A stretch of DNA of 24,000 nucleotides, taken from NCBI GenBank assembly GCA_038890155.1, contig JAWAFZ010000010.1, positions 1 to 24,000 on the forward strand, read 5' to 3'. How positions within the stretch are numbered: position 1 is the first letter of the stretch; each line of letters opens with the position of its first letter. The notes below the pieces were generated by a model. The model had not been told where the DNA came from. It did no database searches and saw only the letters and a list, made by a program, of their open reading frames with translations. Positions 22,496 through 24,000 of this stretch are shown here, in pieces. The translations under genes and the position numbers were made by a program. Origin of the DNA: Candidatus Caldarchaeum sp. (GTDB lineage Archaea; Thermoproteota; Nitrososphaeria_A; Caldarchaeales; Caldarchaeaceae).

Positions 22496-23056
22496 TCATC
22501 CACCAGGCTTGCGTGCGAACTCTGCCGCCTCCCCCTCAACAGGCTTGCTGAACAGTCTTCTGCAGAACTCGATGTTGCTCAGAGCTATAACCGCCGAGTC
22601 CACCACCTCTGGACAATGGTCTTCCAACGCCTTGATCAAATCATCCCAGCAGTCGGCCCTGCCTATAACTCCCAAGGCTATAGCCGATTCGTGGCGTACA
22701 ATTGGATGCGGGTCGTGCTTCATCGACTCCACCAAGTAGGGTATGGCCTCCCTGAAGCCAAGCTGGCCTAGGCTGTAGGCAGCTTCGTGCCTGACGATAG
22801 GGTTTTCGTCGTGAAGCAGGACATCAGCAAGCTCTTCGATGAAACCCCTCCCTCCCAGCTCTGCTAAAATACATGTTGCCCTAGCCCTAACCGTGAAGTC
22901 TTCATGCTTGAGAAGAGTTTTGAAGAACTCCGCATCCCTCGCCCTATACCTCTCTTCCATCCGGAAGAATAGGCCTATCCTCTCCTCCGGTATTCTCACA
23001 GGGAACCCGCTCAAAAACACTTGATAAAAAGCTTGCGTCGTGAAGAGGATAAACAT
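22496..23056 (-). CDS. HEAT-repeat protein with two His-Glu motifs; deoxyhypusine hydroxylase (DOHH) half-domain-like
   Basis: Four HEAT-like repeats. Two carry IVRHEAAYSLGQLG and IVRHESAIALGVIG with the AIPYLV linker, matching DOHH repeat signatures. The first 32 codons (MFILFTTQAFYQVFLSGF...) are un-HEAT-like, and a TATA-like run abuts the ATG at 23056. The real start may therefore be the ATG at 22960 (MEERYRARD..., 154 aa). Confidence 0.8.
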   Translation of the reverse strand: MFILFTTQAFYQVFLSGFPVRIPEERIGLFFRMEERYRARDAEFFKTLLKHEDFTVRARATCILAELGGRGFIEELADVLLHDENPIVRHEAAYSLGQLGFREAIPYLVESMKHDPHPIVRHESAIALGVIGRADCWDDLIKALEDHCPEVVDSAVIALSNIEFCRRLFSKPVEGEAAEFARKPGG

Positions 23057-23068
23057 ATTTAAAAAAAG
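23054..23068 (+). promoter_or_regulatory. TATA box for the MoaD/ThiS-like gene
   Basis: CATATTTAAAAAAAG centred ~26 nt upstream of the TTG start at 23086, in the 29-bp divergent spacer. Confidence 0.45.
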
Positions 23069-23085
23069 ACACTAATCAAGACACG

Positions 23086-23373
23086 TTGAGGGTTGAGTTG
23101 TTCGGGCCTCTAAGGTCCGCCGCGGGGTTGAGGGAGTTGAGTCTGAAGGTTGAGGGGAGGTTGAGGCTTAGGGAGGTTCTCGGTCTTCTGGACGAGAGAG
23201 TTAGACGGCATATCGTCGACGACCATGGGAACCCTCAGCCGGGTGTGCTCATCCTCGTCAACGGCGCCGACGTTCGTTATATGTCCTGGCTTGACACGGA
23301 GATTGGAGACGAGGACGTTCTCAGCCTGATCCCTTCAATACATGGTGGTTGGGATGCGTGTAGTTCACGCTAG
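23086..23373 (+). CDS. MoaD/ThiS/SAMP-family ubiquitin-like beta-grasp sulfur-carrier protein with a 7-residue extension after the Gly-Gly
   Basis: 95 aa. MRVELFGPLRSAAG...LILVNGADV...DEDVLSLIPSIHGG follows the MoaD/ThiS pattern (N-terminal beta strand, VNG, ...I.P.V.GG), but the ORF continues WDACSSR before TAG. TTG start. Confidence 0.65.
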   Translation: MRVELFGPLRSAAGLRELSLKVEGRLRLREVLGLLDERVRRHIVDDHGNPQPGVLILVNGADVRYMSWLDTEIGDEDVLSLIPSIHGGWDACSSR

Positions 23374-23887
23374 GGGGTTTTACTGCGCTGCCGGGGTCTT
23401 GGAGCTGATCAACACCTCCCCAGCCGAGCTCGTGGAGAAAGTTCTGAGGTCATTCGAAAACACGCAGCTTATAGACCCAGATGTTATTCTGGACTGGGAT
23501 GTCTTCGACGCAGCTTTTCTCAACGCCGTAATCGTTTACGGAACGCCCTATCAGAGAGCCAAGTCGGTTTCAAACGAGGTTTTGCTGAAGCTTGCGGCCA
23601 CGACTCAGCTGGATGAAGCCATTCGACGGGTAGGGCTCAAGGACACGAGCAAAAGAGCTGTCCTCTTCACGATAGGCAGAAGCGAGACTCAAGCCGTGCA
23701 GACGGCCTTGAAAGTTGCTGAACTGGCGGGAAGGCTTCTGGACCTTCCTTCTGATGAGGGGAAGACAGAGCTGCTGATGGTCTTCTACGGCATAGAGGAG
23801 AAACAGTTGAGCGCCGTACAGGCTGAGAACAGGGAGAAAGCCGTCAAGATGATGATTATGCAGAGGATGGCGGAAACCCTCCTCTAG
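23354..23887 (+). CDS. cgi121: KEOPS complex subunit Cgi121-like
   Basis: ~177 aa. MRVVHARGF..., QRAKSVSNEVLLKLAATTQLDEAIRRVGLKD and the C-terminal helix KAVKMMIMQRMAETLL resemble archaeal Cgi121 as I recall it (…AKS…EILVRASGQRQIHEAIKIIGAKDG…). The track starts at ATG 23342; the second ATG at 23354 gives the more typical N-terminus. Either start overlaps the MoaD-like tail. Confidence 0.55.
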   Translation: MRVVHARGFYCAAGVLELINTSPAELVEKVLRSFENTQLIDPDVILDWDVFDAAFLNAVIVYGTPYQRAKSVSNEVLLKLAATTQLDEAIRRVGLKDTSKRAVLFTIGRSETQAVQTALKVAELAGRLLDLPSDEGKTELLMVFYGIEEKQLSAVQAENREKAVKMMIMQRMAETLL

Positions 23888-24000
23888 CTCTCAAGCCTCG
23901 AGCGGATCTCTTCAAGGCTCCAAGCACCCTCCCGCACAACCCTAACCTCTCCGTCAACCAGCTCAATCACTGTTGAAGGTTTTCCGTAAAGTGTCCGGCC
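23884..24000 (-). CDS. C-terminal fragment of an L-threonylcarbamoyladenylate synthase (TsaC/YrdC-Sua5 family); 5' part outside the window
   Basis: Not in the track. Minus-strand translation: GRTLYGKPSTVIELVDGEVRVVREGAWSLEEIRSRLES*. G.PSTV(I/V)(D/E)L followed by ..(I/V)(L/V)R.G....E.I is the end of the YrdC domain. Its stop (23884-23886) overlaps the Cgi121 stop (23885-23887) within CTAG. Confidence 0.5.
   Translation of the reverse strand, partial: GRTLYGKPSTVIELVDGEVRVVREGAWSLEEIRSRLES

Noticed and set aside
22464-23056. Treating the HEAT-repeat gene as the first gene, or an accessory chaperone, of the Mo-hydroxylase operon
   Set aside because: A T6 run within a perfect palindrome follows its stop, and a TATA-like core sits 26 nt before the L1 ATG. 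This suggests separate transcription units. The repeats carry DOHH-type His-Glu pairs rather than anything linked to Moco insertion. Co-transcription is not formally excluded.
22961-23056. The first 32 codons of the HEAT ORF (MFILFTTQAFYQVFLSGFPVRIPEERIGLFFR) as a real N-terminal extension or membrane anchor
   Set aside because: The ATG at 23056 directly abuts the AT-rich promoter element, leaving no room for the ~25-nt TATA-to-start spacing. The segment is not HEAT-like. Homology to DOHH begins after the internal ATG at 22960. It is kept inside the feature coordinates only as the maximal ORF.
1-24000. CRISPR arrays, rRNA genes, tandem or long dispersed repeats
   Set aside because: No regularly spaced direct repeats, no rRNA-like conserved stretches and no long duplicated segments were noticed on reading the window. 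The short recurring motif (G/C)GTTTAWAA is explained as promoter TATA/BRE elements.

Overview
Gene-dense (about 90% coding), roughly 55% GC segment that reads as an archaeal chromosome, probably a thermophilic member of the Thermoproteota. That placement is inference from four things: two tRNA genes interrupted by ~30-nt introns at non-canonical positions with no encoded CCA; TATA boxes of the form (G/C)GTTTAWAA centred 22-29 nt upstream of start codons, implying mostly leaderless mRNAs; frequent TTG/GTG starts; and archaeal genes (deoxyhypusine synthase, Cgi121, beta-CASP RNase, cofC/cofD). Left to right: (1) a minus-strand cluster of an orphan molybdenum-hydroxylase large subunit, an enamidase-like amidohydrolase and a luciferase-like (probably F420-dependent) oxidoreductase, followed by an ABC substrate-binding protein; (2) intron-containing tRNA-Pro(UGG); (3) a site-2 (M50) protease and a LarA/DUF2088-like protein; (4) an F420 biosynthesis operon of a stand-alone FbiB-C-terminal-like nitroreductase, cofD and cofC; (5) a membrane-anchored beta-propeller surface protein; (6) intron-containing tRNA-Gly(GCC); (7) a beta-CASP ribonuclease, a small membrane protein, deoxyhypusine synthase and aspartate kinase; (8) a molybdenum-hydroxylase operon with the unusual order L-S-M-L2; (9) a small HEAT-repeat protein that looks like exactly one half of eukaryotic deoxyhypusine hydroxylase; (10) a MoaD/ThiS-like protein whose Gly-Gly is followed by 7 extra residues, then Cgi121 and the 3' end of a TsaC/Sua5-type gene. 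No rRNA, CRISPR array, transposase/integrase or long repeats were seen. The best lead is the half-size DOHH-like protein as a candidate for the unassigned archaeal hypusine hydroxylase. Next are the FbiB-C-like reductase fused into the cofDC operon and the Mo-hydroxylase/enamidase/LLM cluster as a possible F420-linked N-heterocycle pathway. All family calls come from reading motifs by eye and from remembered reference sequences; no searches were run.
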